Assembly (NCBI GenBank): GCA_046484245.1
Contig: JAWOBN010000044.1
Coordinates: forward strand, 1-42,211
Length of the DNA: 42,211 bases
Direction of reading: 5' to 3'
From: a bacterium
GTDB taxonomy: Bacteria > Hydrothermota > 32-111
Shown here: one piece after another, positions 16,947 through 25,968 of the stretch
How positions within the stretch are numbered: the stretch's first letter is position 1
How the letters are laid out: each line of letters starts with the position of its first letter
Notes under the pieces: generated by a model
Database searches by the model: none
What the model was told of the DNA's origin: nothing
Seen by the model: only the letters and a program-made list of their open reading frames with translations
Made by a program: the position numbers and the translations under genes

Positions 16947-18396
16947 TACTGTCCCTCTTATAATAATTCACATCCAGATTCTTCATTGCCTTGAGTTCAT
17001 TGAGACGGCCCACAGGTGTTGTCACCGGAGCTTTTTTCAAATCCCCGGGGCTTTCCTTTGCCTCTTTGTCTATCTCTTTCATGATCTCAATGAATCTATC
17101 CAGTGTTTCAATTGATTCCGTTTCAGTGGGTTCTATCATCAATGCCTCTGAAACAATAAGGGGGAAATATACAGTGGGTGCATGTATGCCTTTGTCAAGC
17201 ATTCTCTTGGCAATATCCAGTGTTCTTATTCCATACTCTTTCTTATGCCTGCTTCCGCTCAGTACAAATTCATGCATTGTCTGGGTCTTGAATGGCAGTT
17301 CATAGATATCCTTCAGAGCGGACTTGATATAATTGGCATTAATAACAGCCATCTCCGAGGCGTATTTCAGTCCATCCTCACCCATTGCCTTTATATATGC
17401 CCATGCCTTTATCATTACATTGATATTGCCCATATACATGTGCATTGCCCCCATTGTCTTATCCGGTCTTTCAAACACAAACTGACCGTCTTTCTTATTT
17501 ACAACAAATGGAGGTAAATAATCACTGAGTTTTTTGTTTACAGCAACACCGCCGCTTCCGGGACCGCCGCCGCCGTGCGGTGTGGAGAATGTCTTATGGA
17601 GATTGAAGTGCAGTATATCACATCCTATATTGCCCGGTTTGACTATGCCCATCAGTGCATTGAGATTGGCTCCGTCCATGTATATGAGACCGTCAACACT
17701 GTGTATGATCTCCGCAATCTCATCAAATCTGCTCTCAAATATACCCAGTGTATTGGGGTTTGTTATCATGATTCCCGCTGTTGCACTATCTGTCTTTGAC
17801 CTGAGGTCTTCAATATCAATTTCACCATCCTCACCGGATTTGATCTCAACAGTATTGAATCCCGAGAGTGTGCATGATGCCGGATTGGTGCCGTGTGCTG
17901 AATCGGGAATCAGAATATTTTTCTTTTTATCATTGCCCCTATGACTGTGATACTCCCTGATTATCATCATGCCGGCAAATTCCGAGTGGGCTCCTGCAAC
18001 AGGTGTGAGTGATATGCTGTCAAATCCCGCAATTATTCTGAGCATCTCCTGCAATTCATATATAATACTCATTATGCCCTGACAGTCCTCAATGTCCTGA
18101 TAGGGATGCAGACCGAGGAATTCGGGTTTTGCTGCAATCTCTTCATTGACAATGGGATTGTATTTCATTGTGCATGAGCCGAGCGGGTATATGTCTTTCA
18201 ATATATGGTGATTCTTGCCTGAAAGATTGACAAAATGCCTCATCACATCAATTTCGGCAACTTCCGGCAGTGCCGGTGAACTTGACCTTAAATACTTCTG
18301 AGGGATGTTAATATTATCAACAGGAAAATCATTTTCAGGCAGTGAAACAGTGTTCTTCTGCCCATTTCCCATTTCAAATATCAGTTTGTCATACAT
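16939..18396 (-). CDS. gcvPB: Glycine dehydrogenase (decarboxylating) subunit 2
   Basis: YPLGSCTMKYNP, PDSAHGTNPAS, YMDGANLNA, HFNLHKTFSTPHGGGGPG (PLP lysine), LMIEPTETES. Confidence 0.95.
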   Translation of the reverse strand: MYDKLIFEMGNGQKNTVSLPENDFPVDNINIPQKYLRSSSPALPEVAEIDVMRHFVNLSGKNHHILKDIYPLGSCTMKYNPIVNEEIAAKPEFLGLHPYQDIEDCQGIMSIIYELQEMLRIIAGFDSISLTPVAGAHSEFAGMMIIREYHSHRGNDKKKNILIPDSAHGTNPASCTLSGFNTVEIKSGEDGEIDIEDLRSKTDSATAGIMITNPNTLGIFESRFDEIAEIIHSVDGLIYMDGANLNALMGIVKPGNIGCDILHFNLHKTFSTPHGGGGPGSGGVAVNKKLSDYLPPFVVNKKDGQFVFERPDKTMGAMHMYMGNINVMIKAWAYIKAMGEDGLKYASEMAVINANYIKSALKDIYELPFKTQTMHEFVLSGSRHKKEYGIRTLDIAKRMLDKGIHAPTVYFPLIVSEALMIEPTETESIETLDRFIEIMKEIDKEAKESPGDLKKAPVTTPVGRLNELKAMKNLDVNYYKRDSNV

Positions 18397-18425
18397 AATC
18401 TCTCCTGCCTGATTTTTGAAATATA

Positions 18426-18454
18426 ATCTTATAATATATATATATTATTGTCAA
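18426..18454 (-). promoter_or_regulatory. sigma70 promoter of the gcvPB-glmL operon
   Basis: Minus strand TTGACA-17-TAAGAT; SD AGGAG before the gcvPB ATG. Confidence 0.75.
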
Positions 18455-18473
18455 CAGGAAAAATGCCACTGAC

Positions 18474-18790
18474 GTACAATGTTTGAATGCTGAGTGAGAA
18501 GAAGGTAAAAGGTAAAAGGTAAAAGGTAAAAGAAGGATAAGAGCGGGGAGAAGTAAAATCGTACAAAGTACAACGGGACTTACGTGTGACTCGTGTGACA
18601 CGTGTGACTCGATACATGTGATAAGAGGTCATGGGAGATTGTACAATGTTTGAATGACAAGCAAGGAGGATAATAAAATGAGGACATCAAATCATGGCCA
18701 AGAGAATACGGAGAGCAGAGAACACATCACGCAAAACGCATTACGATATTACGTTGTACGTACTTTGTACGGACTTATTTCTCCGCGCTC
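18474..18790. repeat. Composite repeat patch containing a MITE-like inverted-repeat element
   Basis: GTACAATGTTTGAATG direct repeat (18474-18489, 18641-18656); (AAGGTAA)x4 at 18502-18529; (CGTGTGACW)x3 at 18583-18609; imperfect inverted repeat 18541-18575 vs 18752-18790. Confidence 0.85.
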
Positions 18791-18807
18791 ATAAAACCAA
18801 TTGTCAA

Positions 18808-19665
18808 TCAATACAAAGCAGGGCGGAAACCAAGGTCTTCACAGTATCCTATTATGCCGTACGCAAAGCGGACAGAACACTCTTCCGGCTCAGTATCCCA
18901 GGAAGCGCCGCGGATCACCCGGTGTGTCCCTTCCTCAGGGCCCATAGGATTGCTGTCAGGACTCCAACTGTAATAATCACTGTCATACCAGTCAGCACAC
19001 CATTCATATACATTGCAGGTCATATCCATTAATCCATAGGGACTTTGACCATTCTCATAACTGCCCACCGGGCTTGCATATCTGTACCCGTCTGCATCAT
19101 TATCACCGGAGTGACAGTTTGCATAATAACTGCCATTATAATGCGCGTCATGGTCTCCCCAGGGATATTTTCTGCCGTCTGTTCCTCGAGCTCCCTTGGC
19201 CCACTGGGCTTCTGTGGGCAATTTGAGTCCTGCCCACTCACAGTATGCATTCGCGTCTTCCCAGGTTACATTAACTACAGGGTAATCGGGGTAAGCACTA
19301 AAGTAATTGTTCATATTGTCAAATCCGGGGTCTTGGGGATAATCCCTGCCTGTTGCATCGCAGAACTGTTTATACTGTTTATTGTTTGTTTCATATTTGC
19401 TGATATAATATCCGTCCAGATACACTGTATGTAATTTGTTGTCATTATATTCATCATCAGATCCCATTATAAAACTGCCTGATGGTATGTACACGAGTAC
19501 AGTGCTGTCTTTCTCATTTATATATTCTCTATACCCCTTGTCATTTGTACCTTTGGGTATTAATCCATCAGGTATTCCTGAAGGGGCATTGGCATTATTC
19601 CATATATCCGAACATCCTGATACCATCAATAAAAAAACTGTTAAGAGTATTGATAACACTTTCAT
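18808..19665 (-). CDS. FGE-sulfatase (SUMF1/C-lectin fold) domain lipoprotein
   Basis: Lipobox LMVSGC; IPSGSFIMGS, YPVVNVTWEDANAYCEW, LPTEAQW, YPWG, NVYEWCADWY, RVIRGASW, LGFR motifs. Confidence 0.9.
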   Translation of the reverse strand: MKVLSILLTVFLLMVSGCSDIWNNANAPSGIPDGLIPKGTNDKGYREYINEKDSTVLVYIPSGSFIMGSDDEYNDNKLHTVYLDGYYISKYETNNKQYKQFCDATGRDYPQDPGFDNMNNYFSAYPDYPVVNVTWEDANAYCEWAGLKLPTEAQWAKGARGTDGRKYPWGDHDAHYNGSYYANCHSGDNDADGYRYASPVGSYENGQSPYGLMDMTCNVYEWCADWYDSDYYSWSPDSNPMGPEEGTHRVIRGASWDTEPEECSVRFAYGIIGYCEDLGFRPALY

Positions 19666-19764
19666 TCTGTATCCCTTCTAAATATTAAGACGCATTGTTT
19701 CTATCAATTATCTATTATATATTTTCTGTTTTCTTTAATCAAGAACCTTTATTAGTGTTCTGCA

Positions 19765-19985
19765 TAATGCGTGTTGCGGTTTCCGTAATGCGTGGTGCGT
19801 TGTGATGTAGAACGAGGAGAACGAGTAGAGCGTGTAGAACGCATATTGAGGTAGTGACTTGTGACTGGTATGCTGGTGACTGGTGAATAGCGAAAGATGA
19901 TAAGTGAATTCATTTTATATCTTTTCATTCATGGCCACTTGTCACATGACCATCAACCATCAACCATCAACCATTAACCATTGAC
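19765..19985. repeat. Composite repeat patch, copy 2 of the element at 57-290, plus (ACCATCA)n
   Basis: TAATGCG heptamers at 19765-19800; 9-mer run at 19808-19843; 32-bp exact inverted match to 105-136; ACCATYR x5 at 19949-19983. Confidence 0.9.
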
Positions 19986-20014
19986 TTGGCTTCCAGCCGG
20001 TCCTCCCTTTTTTC

Positions 20015-20042
20015 TTGACAAATATCAGACACCAATTACAAT
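20015..20042 (+). promoter_or_regulatory. sigma70 promoter
   Basis: TTGACA-16-TACAAT just upstream of ATG 20062. Confidence 0.65.
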
Positions 20043-20061
20043 AGGATGAAAAAGGATTAAT

Positions 20062-21123
20062 ATGAATTTCAAAAAATACATCATTTATCTAGTGATTATT
20101 TTCTCAGCACTATTCTCTTTCAAGTCCCATTTCCTTCTTGCAGGAGAACTCAATGTTTTTCTCATCAATGCAATACGCTTCACATTGCTCTCCTCAATCA
20201 TATTCATTGTATTTGAGAAACAGATACTGATAAATTTCACCAGATGCTGGAAAACAGGTGTGATATTAGGTCTTCTCATTACTGTCTATTTCACACTTCT
20301 GACACTTTCCATAGAAAGAACGGGGTATTTCCTTCCTGCATTGATACTCATTGCAACGGGGATTATTTTTGCAAAGAGGAATGTACTCGTATATATAACA
20401 TTAATTGCTGCAATGGGACTTGCACTTGCCGGTATAATAATGCGCGGCTGTTTTCCTGCTGCTGTGCTCATGTCAATTGCCTCAGCCATACCCCTGTATT
20501 TTACAGCAGTTATTGCAAAGAGGCACAGGGAGATACTGACAGAGTTCAAGAAGGAATCATTCTTCACAACAACACTCATTCCCGCAGTTGTTTTCATTGT
20601 GATATTCCTTTTGACAAAACCGGCAGATGCCCCCCGTCTGGACACTTTTCTTCAGATTCACCTGCTCCTGCTTATTACAGCCGGAACACTGATGCCTGTA
20701 TTCCTCATGTTCACTGACAATAATATTTTCATAAGCAGGGCAAGACTCAATATATTCATTGCAATATCGGCTGTTTCCCTTATAGGCATTGTGCTCTTTT
20801 CACCTGCTCTGCTTCCGGTACTTTCAGCACTGACACTGCTGCTCATATTGATTGCCCGCCGCTCAGCTGTAAAAGGTACGGGCAGGATTGAGTCCATTGC
20901 AATAGTAGCACTCACTGCAATAATCATTTCACTGATAATTCCCGTTTACAGAAGCATAGAGGATTATTCGCAGATAAGAAAAGACAGGGAGCTCATTTCT
21001 TCAAAGAGTCTCCCTGCCGGATTTATCAGTATCGGCAATATATATATCCGGTCGCGGTCAGGCATACCCGCAAGAATATACGAGCAGCAGAAAGACCGGA
21101 TTATTGCTGTACCTGTCAGATGA
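20062..21123 (+). CDS. Multi-TM membrane protein, possibly a divergent EamA/DMT family member
   Basis: ~10-11 hydrophobic segments; N-terminal ..NAIRFTL..WKTGVILG pattern is DMT-like. Confidence 0.6.
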   Translation: MNFKKYIIYLVIIFSALFSFKSHFLLAGELNVFLINAIRFTLLSSIIFIVFEKQILINFTRCWKTGVILGLLITVYFTLLTLSIERTGYFLPALILIATGIIFAKRNVLVYITLIAAMGLALAGIIMRGCFPAAVLMSIASAIPLYFTAVIAKRHREILTEFKKESFFTTTLIPAVVFIVIFLLTKPADAPRLDTFLQIHLLLLITAGTLMPVFLMFTDNNIFISRARLNIFIAISAVSLIGIVLFSPALLPVLSALTLLLILIARRSAVKGTGRIESIAIVALTAIIISLIIPVYRSIEDYSQIRKDRELISSKSLPAGFISIGNIYIRSRSGIPARIYEQQKDRIIAVPVR

Positions 21124-22792
21124 TCTTCTTATAGACATTCTCCGTCAATTTATTGCATCTCTCCTTAACTTCTTTCAGGATATCCGCGGATTTTTCCTTA
21201 GTGTCACTGACAAATGCTTCATCTTCAATATCCTGAAGATTGATAAGCACATTCATATATGCACCCTCACAGCAGGCCACTGCATTGAGTGCTGCAACAC
21301 CTGCATCGGATACTGAATTGGGATTGCCTTTCTCTTCAACCTCTTCCAGTACGTCAAGCAGATCCCGTATGGTCTCCATTGCCTCAAAGGGCACACCTGT
21401 AGCCTTCTTGGTGGCATTTTCTACTGCCTCTTTTCTCGCCTGTTTCTGGGCATCCGTCTTCTTCTTCATCCTGAAGGCGCTCATCAATTCATTGAATGCA
21501 TCCGTGTCCTCATCAATGATCTCAATAAGACGGCTCTTTACAGCCTGCGCCTTGTCACCGATTCTGACCATTGCCTCATCATACTCGGCATATTCTCTCT
21601 TGCCGTGTGTCAGATTGGACACCATTGCGGTGAGTGCTCCTGCGAGTGCTCCTGAAAGAGCAGCGACACTGCCGCCTCCGGGTGCAGGTGAATCTGTTGA
21701 AAGCTCATCTGCAAAATCCTTCAGTGACAGTGAAATGAGTTTTGAGCAGGCATTGTCATCATAGGCATATTCAATGATCTTCTTCTGCGGGTCAAATTCA
21801 CCGAGTTCATCCAGGCCCATTGATTTTATTGCAATGTGAATAATATCCTTTTCGGGAATACCTGTTGATTTTCCCTGTTTCTCAAGATAGTATCTGCCCG
21901 CATCAATGAGGGCTTTCTTTGGAATGAGGCCTACAAGCTCACTGCCTGTTACCCTGAGCCCCCTCTTGTTTGCCTCTTCCCTGCATACTTCAAATGCCTC
22001 ATGGGGCATGGTGATTGAGGTATTGGTCAGATTCATTGAAATCTGTGCAACACCGTAATCATCAATATACCACCCGATTGCCTTGCATGCCTTGAGCCGT
22101 CCGGCTACACGGAGAGCCTTGCCGTTCTCATCCCTGATTATCTTGTGATTCTCATCCCTCTTTGCCCTGCCTCGTTCTCTGATATCAAGTGCAATATCAT
22201 GGGCTTTCTTCCTGTCCTGGGAATTGATATTGACATTATATGCTACAAGGAAATCCCTCACCCCTATTGCAGTTACACCGCTCCTTGCATTGAACTGAGC
22301 CGTGCCGTAATCGGGTTTCCAGTGTTCATCCTTTATCTTCTCCTCAAATGCCTCATACTGGCCCTTTCTGATAGTAGCAAGATTCCTCCTGTCCTCAGCT
22401 GTTGCAGAATGCTCATAGAGATAGACAGGTATGTCCAGTTCCTCACCGACCCTTTTTGCCAGCCTGTGAACAAGTTCATTGCACTCTTCTACTGTGATAT
22501 CCTGCACAGGTACAAAAGGGCATACATCTGTTGCGCCCATTCTCGGATGCGCTCCGCTGTGTTTTCTCATGTCTATCAGTCCGGATGCCTCTTCAATTGC
22601 CGAGAATGCCGCTTCCACGACTTCATCCGGTGTTCCTACAAATGTTACGACAGTCCTGTTTGTATCAGCCCCGGGGTCAACATCAAGCAGTTTGACTCCG
22701 TCCACATCCTCAATCTTTGAGGTAATTGAATTAATGATACTCATATCCTTGCCTTCGGAAAAATTAGGTACGCATTCAACCAGTTTCATCAA
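21116..22792 (-). CDS. ftcd: Bifunctional glutamate formiminotransferase / formiminotetrahydrofolate cyclodeaminase
   Basis: LVECVPNFSEG, HSGAHPRMGATDVCPFVP, SPAPGGGSVAAL, KGNPNSVSDAGV motifs; start is TTG 22792 or ATG 22789. Confidence 0.95.
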   Translation of the reverse strand: MMKLVECVPNFSEGKDMSIINSITSKIEDVDGVKLLDVDPGADTNRTVVTFVGTPDEVVEAAFSAIEEASGLIDMRKHSGAHPRMGATDVCPFVPVQDITVEECNELVHRLAKRVGEELDIPVYLYEHSATAEDRRNLATIRKGQYEAFEEKIKDEHWKPDYGTAQFNARSGVTAIGVRDFLVAYNVNINSQDRKKAHDIALDIRERGRAKRDENHKIIRDENGKALRVAGRLKACKAIGWYIDDYGVAQISMNLTNTSITMPHEAFEVCREEANKRGLRVTGSELVGLIPKKALIDAGRYYLEKQGKSTGIPEKDIIHIAIKSMGLDELGEFDPQKKIIEYAYDDNACSKLISLSLKDFADELSTDSPAPGGGSVAALSGALAGALTAMVSNLTHGKREYAEYDEAMVRIGDKAQAVKSRLIEIIDEDTDAFNELMSAFRMKKKTDAQKQARKEAVENATKKATGVPFEAMETIRDLLDVLEEVEEKGNPNSVSDAGVAALNAVACCEGAYMNVLINLQDIEDEAFVSDTKEKSADILKEVKERCNKLTENVYKKII

Positions 22793-22810
22793 TTTCCTCC
22801 TTTTTCATTT

Positions 22811-24310
22811 TTATTTTGATTTATCATTAACATTGTATTTCTTCAATTTATACTGCAGTGTTCTCAGTGAAATACCGAGAATATCCGCAGCTTCTTTTCT
22901 TGAATACTCAGTATTCTCAAGCACATTCAGTATATGGTCTTTCTCAATATCTTTAAGGCTTTTTGAAAGATCATCCTTCCTTATCACTCTCTCATTGGAT
23001 ATCTCCGACGGGAGATCACTGAGTTCAATTCTCTTGGTTTCTGACATTACTATAGCATGCTGAATAACATTTTCAAGTTCCCTTATATTGCCGGGCCAGT
23101 CATAATTCATAAGGGTTCTCATTGCATCCTTGCTCACACCTTCTAAACCCTTCTGATTTATCTCTTTATTGGCAAGCAGTGATTTGACAAGAACAGGTAT
23201 ATCCTCCTTTCTCTCCCTGAGAGGCGGTATTGTTATCCTCACAACCTTGAGCCTGTAGTACAGGTCCTCCCGGAAGGTACCCTCTTTCACCTCATCGGCA
23301 AGCAGCTTATTGGTGGCTGAGATTATCCTCACATCAACAATTCTGTCCTCAGTATCACCTATGCGTCTTATTTTATGCTCCTGCAGGACCCTGAGCAGTT
23401 TTGTCTGTATGGTCAGTGTAAGGTCCCCCACCTCATCAAGAAAAAATGTCCCGCCGTCAGCTGCCTCAAAGAGACCCATCTTGTTTGCATTGGCTCCTGT
23501 GAAAGCACCCTTCTTATATCCGAAGAGTTCACTTTCCAGCAATGTCTCGGGCAATGCGCCGCAGTACTGGGAGATGAATTTATTGTCCTTCCTCTGTGAA
23601 TTGAAATGTATTGTCCTGGCAATAAGCCCCTTGCCTGTCCCGCTCTCCCCTTCAAGCAATATGGGCACATCAGTGTTGATGACCTTCTTCAGTATATCAA
23701 GCACCTCCCTTATTGCAGGTGAAGTGCCCAGTATATGCTCAAAATTGTATATGTATGACATCTCCCTCTTCAATGTCTTATTCTCAATTGTCAATGAATT
23801 GGCAAGTCTCGCATTCTCTATACTGAGTGCTGCCAGATTGGCGAATGCTGTCATGAATTCCCTTGATTTCTCGTCAAAAACATTGCGGTTGGTGAGTGAA
23901 TCCAGATAGATAACACCTATGATATTGTCCTTCCTCGTTATCGGCACAACAAGAATGGAGAGAAGATTGTACATCACAATGGACTTTGACTCCTTGAGAC
24001 GCGGGTCCTTCTTTGCATCTGATGTGAGAATTGACTCGCCTGTCTCTATTGCTTTATAGACAGGGGTCATGGAGATCTCCTTTGAACCTATGATATTCTC
24101 CTCATTGAGATTCCTGGCGACCTCCACCTTCATCTCATGGGTCTTCATATCCTTCAGCATGAGAAAACCCCTCTCTGCATTGACTGTCTTGATTGCAGTA
24201 TCCATGACTTTCTCAAGCAGTGTTGAATAATCCACTGTTGAGTTTATTATTTCACTTGCCTTATAAAGTGATTGAAGTACATCAAGATGTTCAGGTAATT
24301 TCTGATTCAT
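22811..24310 (-). CDS. GAF-domain sigma54-dependent enhancer-binding protein (GAF-AAA+-Fis HTH)
   Basis: GESGTGK, ESELFG..GAFTGA, FLDEV, FREDLYYRL, WPGNIREL; C-terminal AADILGISLRTLQYKLKKY. Confidence 0.95.
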   Translation of the reverse strand: MNQKLPEHLDVLQSLYKASEIINSTVDYSTLLEKVMDTAIKTVNAERGFLMLKDMKTHEMKVEVARNLNEENIIGSKEISMTPVYKAIETGESILTSDAKKDPRLKESKSIVMYNLLSILVVPITRKDNIIGVIYLDSLTNRNVFDEKSREFMTAFANLAALSIENARLANSLTIENKTLKREMSYIYNFEHILGTSPAIREVLDILKKVINTDVPILLEGESGTGKGLIARTIHFNSQRKDNKFISQYCGALPETLLESELFGYKKGAFTGANANKMGLFEAADGGTFFLDEVGDLTLTIQTKLLRVLQEHKIRRIGDTEDRIVDVRIISATNKLLADEVKEGTFREDLYYRLKVVRITIPPLRERKEDIPVLVKSLLANKEINQKGLEGVSKDAMRTLMNYDWPGNIRELENVIQHAIVMSETKRIELSDLPSEISNERVIRKDDLSKSLKDIEKDHILNVLENTEYSRKEAADILGISLRTLQYKLKKYNVNDKSK

Positions 24311-24322
24311 TTCAGCTCCTCG

Positions 24323-25279
24323 CTATTTGACTGTGAATATTGCGCTGTTCTGTGAATAATTGCCGTATATGTCATAAAGCCGCATCTTCAGCAAATATCT
24401 GCCGCTTCTGAACAGTGAATCAATTGCAAACTGCCTCTTTGATGATGAGAGGGAATCACATCTGAAGACAATTTGTGAATCCCTGTCTTCAATTATCAGT
24501 GATATATATGTTGAGTAATCCGGTTCATCAAGCAGCCACTTTACTGTGTCAGGCGGATTGAAATCCGTTCCTGTCTCAGGCCTGACAATATCAATGATGC
24601 TTTCTACAAATCTTGATACTGTCCTGTTTGACAGAGAGTCCCATTCCCCCTCACTGTCCTCAATATACAGTGAGACAATACTTCCCGTAAGGTCAAATAT
24701 ATTGAATGATAGTGTATCCTCCTCAATACTGCCTGAATAATTGAGCATGCCCCCACTGTCACTGATGCAGTCAATGCGTATATCCGTTAGGGGGAGTGAT
24801 GCATCCGAACGGACAATGTCTTTACTGCCGTCACGCTCCATTATGAGCGCATTGACAGTGACAAATCTGTCCATTGAGTCAGTCAGTGACATTGTCTTGA
24901 CAACAGATGTTGTAACAAGGTATTCCAATATTGAGGGTTTGAAATTGAGTGTTCTCTCCACATATATTGAATCACCTGTCTCAATGACAGTGTCAATGCG
25001 GACTGCACTGTAATGGGTTTTGTCAATTGCAATACTGAGTGAGCCCTTTAATGCCTCATGGGGACCTGCCAGTCCCGAACTGTCTGTCAACAGTGTATCC
25101 GGACCGGCAGATATGAGTACATTGTCTAAGCCCCTGCCCCTCTTGTCATTTACCTGAAAGACAACCTGCCCCTCTCCAAAGGGATTCAAGGGGTCTGTCT
25201 TGCTCTCATGGGGCATATCTATATAACATGACGGTAATGTAAGCAGTATAATGAGAATAAACAGTGTTAATCTACCCAT
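24323..25279 (-). CDS. Putative lipoprotein with beta-sandwich (carboxypeptidase-regulatory-like) domains
   Basis: Lipobox-like LPSC; DPLNP motif; V..KRGRGLDNVLI..TDSSG pattern. Confidence 0.65.
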   Translation of the reverse strand: MGRLTLFILIILLTLPSCYIDMPHESKTDPLNPFGEGQVVFQVNDKRGRGLDNVLISAGPDTLLTDSSGLAGPHEALKGSLSIAIDKTHYSAVRIDTVIETGDSIYVERTLNFKPSILEYLVTTSVVKTMSLTDSMDRFVTVNALIMERDGSKDIVRSDASLPLTDIRIDCISDSGGMLNYSGSIEEDTLSFNIFDLTGSIVSLYIEDSEGEWDSLSNRTVSRFVESIIDIVRPETGTDFNPPDTVKWLLDEPDYSTYISLIIEDRDSQIVFRCDSLSSSKRQFAIDSLFRSGRYLLKMRLYDIYGNYSQNSAIFTVK

Positions 25280-25968
25280 AATACATCCAGGATATTGAAT
25301 ACATATGCACCGAGCATTATGTCAAGGGAAATCCTGTTGAGTTTTGAATAATTATTGTAGGTATTGTACAGCTGCTCAGCCGCTTCAGGAGAATCGGCAT
25401 TGAGATATCTGTCTCTTGCATTATCCATTGCAATAAAACTGACAATGGCTGATACTGCTCCTGCCATGAATACCGAACCTGTGATAATGCCCTTGGCAGT
25501 ATGATTCTTGTCAATCTGCCCCCATCCCGGCACAACAATTGATTTGACCAGTAAATTGGCTTTTGAAAACGGCACCCTTGTCATTGGCGAGGAGTATTTA
25601 TAATAATCCGGCTGGTCAGTGATAAACAGATTGACCCTGTTCTTCGCCTGCTTGAATACATCAATGATCTTGGGTGAGACGAATTCCTCATTGAGTGAAT
25701 AATCACGGTTGATTGTCAGTATTTTCTCAAAATTATCCTGTGCTGCTTTTGTATTGCCCAGTGCAACATGGGCAAAAGCCAGATATGTGCGCAGGTTTAT
25801 CATATCAGTGTCAGACATATCTTCACCCATTTTGTCAATTATATCATCTCCCATCATCACTGCACGTGAATAATCACCTGTCTCATAGGCAATAATCACA
25901 TCATTTATGGAATACGCCATTACTGCGACAGTAAAGAGTATTGTTATCAGTAAGAATAGACCTTTCGT
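25267..25968 (-). CDS. TPR-containing exported/membrane protein with C-terminal PGWGQ motif
   Basis: YLAFAHVALGNTKAAQDNFEKILTINRDY TPR; SIVVPGWGQ. The first ATG is 25920, but the frame extends to an ACG at 25968 with SD and a signal peptide. Confidence 0.75.
   Translation of the reverse strand, partial: TKGLFLLITILFTVAVMAYSINDVIIAYETGDYSRAVMMGDDIIDKMGEDMSDTDMINLRTYLAFAHVALGNTKAAQDNFEKILTINRDYSLNEEFVSPKIIDVFKQAKNRVNLFITDQPDYYKYSSPMTRVPFSKANLLVKSIVVPGWGQIDKNHTAKGIITGSVFMAGAVSAIVSFIAMDNARDRYLNADSPEAAEQLYNTYNNYSKLNRISLDIMLGAYVFNILDVLWVD

Noticed and set aside
18453..18468. sigma54 -24/-12 promoter upstream of gcvPB (TGGCATTTTTCCTGTT)
   Set aside because: The -12 element reads GT rather than GC, and a good sigma70 promoter overlaps it
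18389..18632. Two short ORFs upstream of gcvPB (possible gcvPA remnant or leader)
   Set aside because: They read through tandem repeats (FTFYLLP, RVTRVTR) and the promoter; no GcvPA similarity
18474..19985. CRISPR array or complete DGR
   Set aside because: Repeats are 7-16 bp without regular unique spacers; no cas genes, RT or template repeat visible
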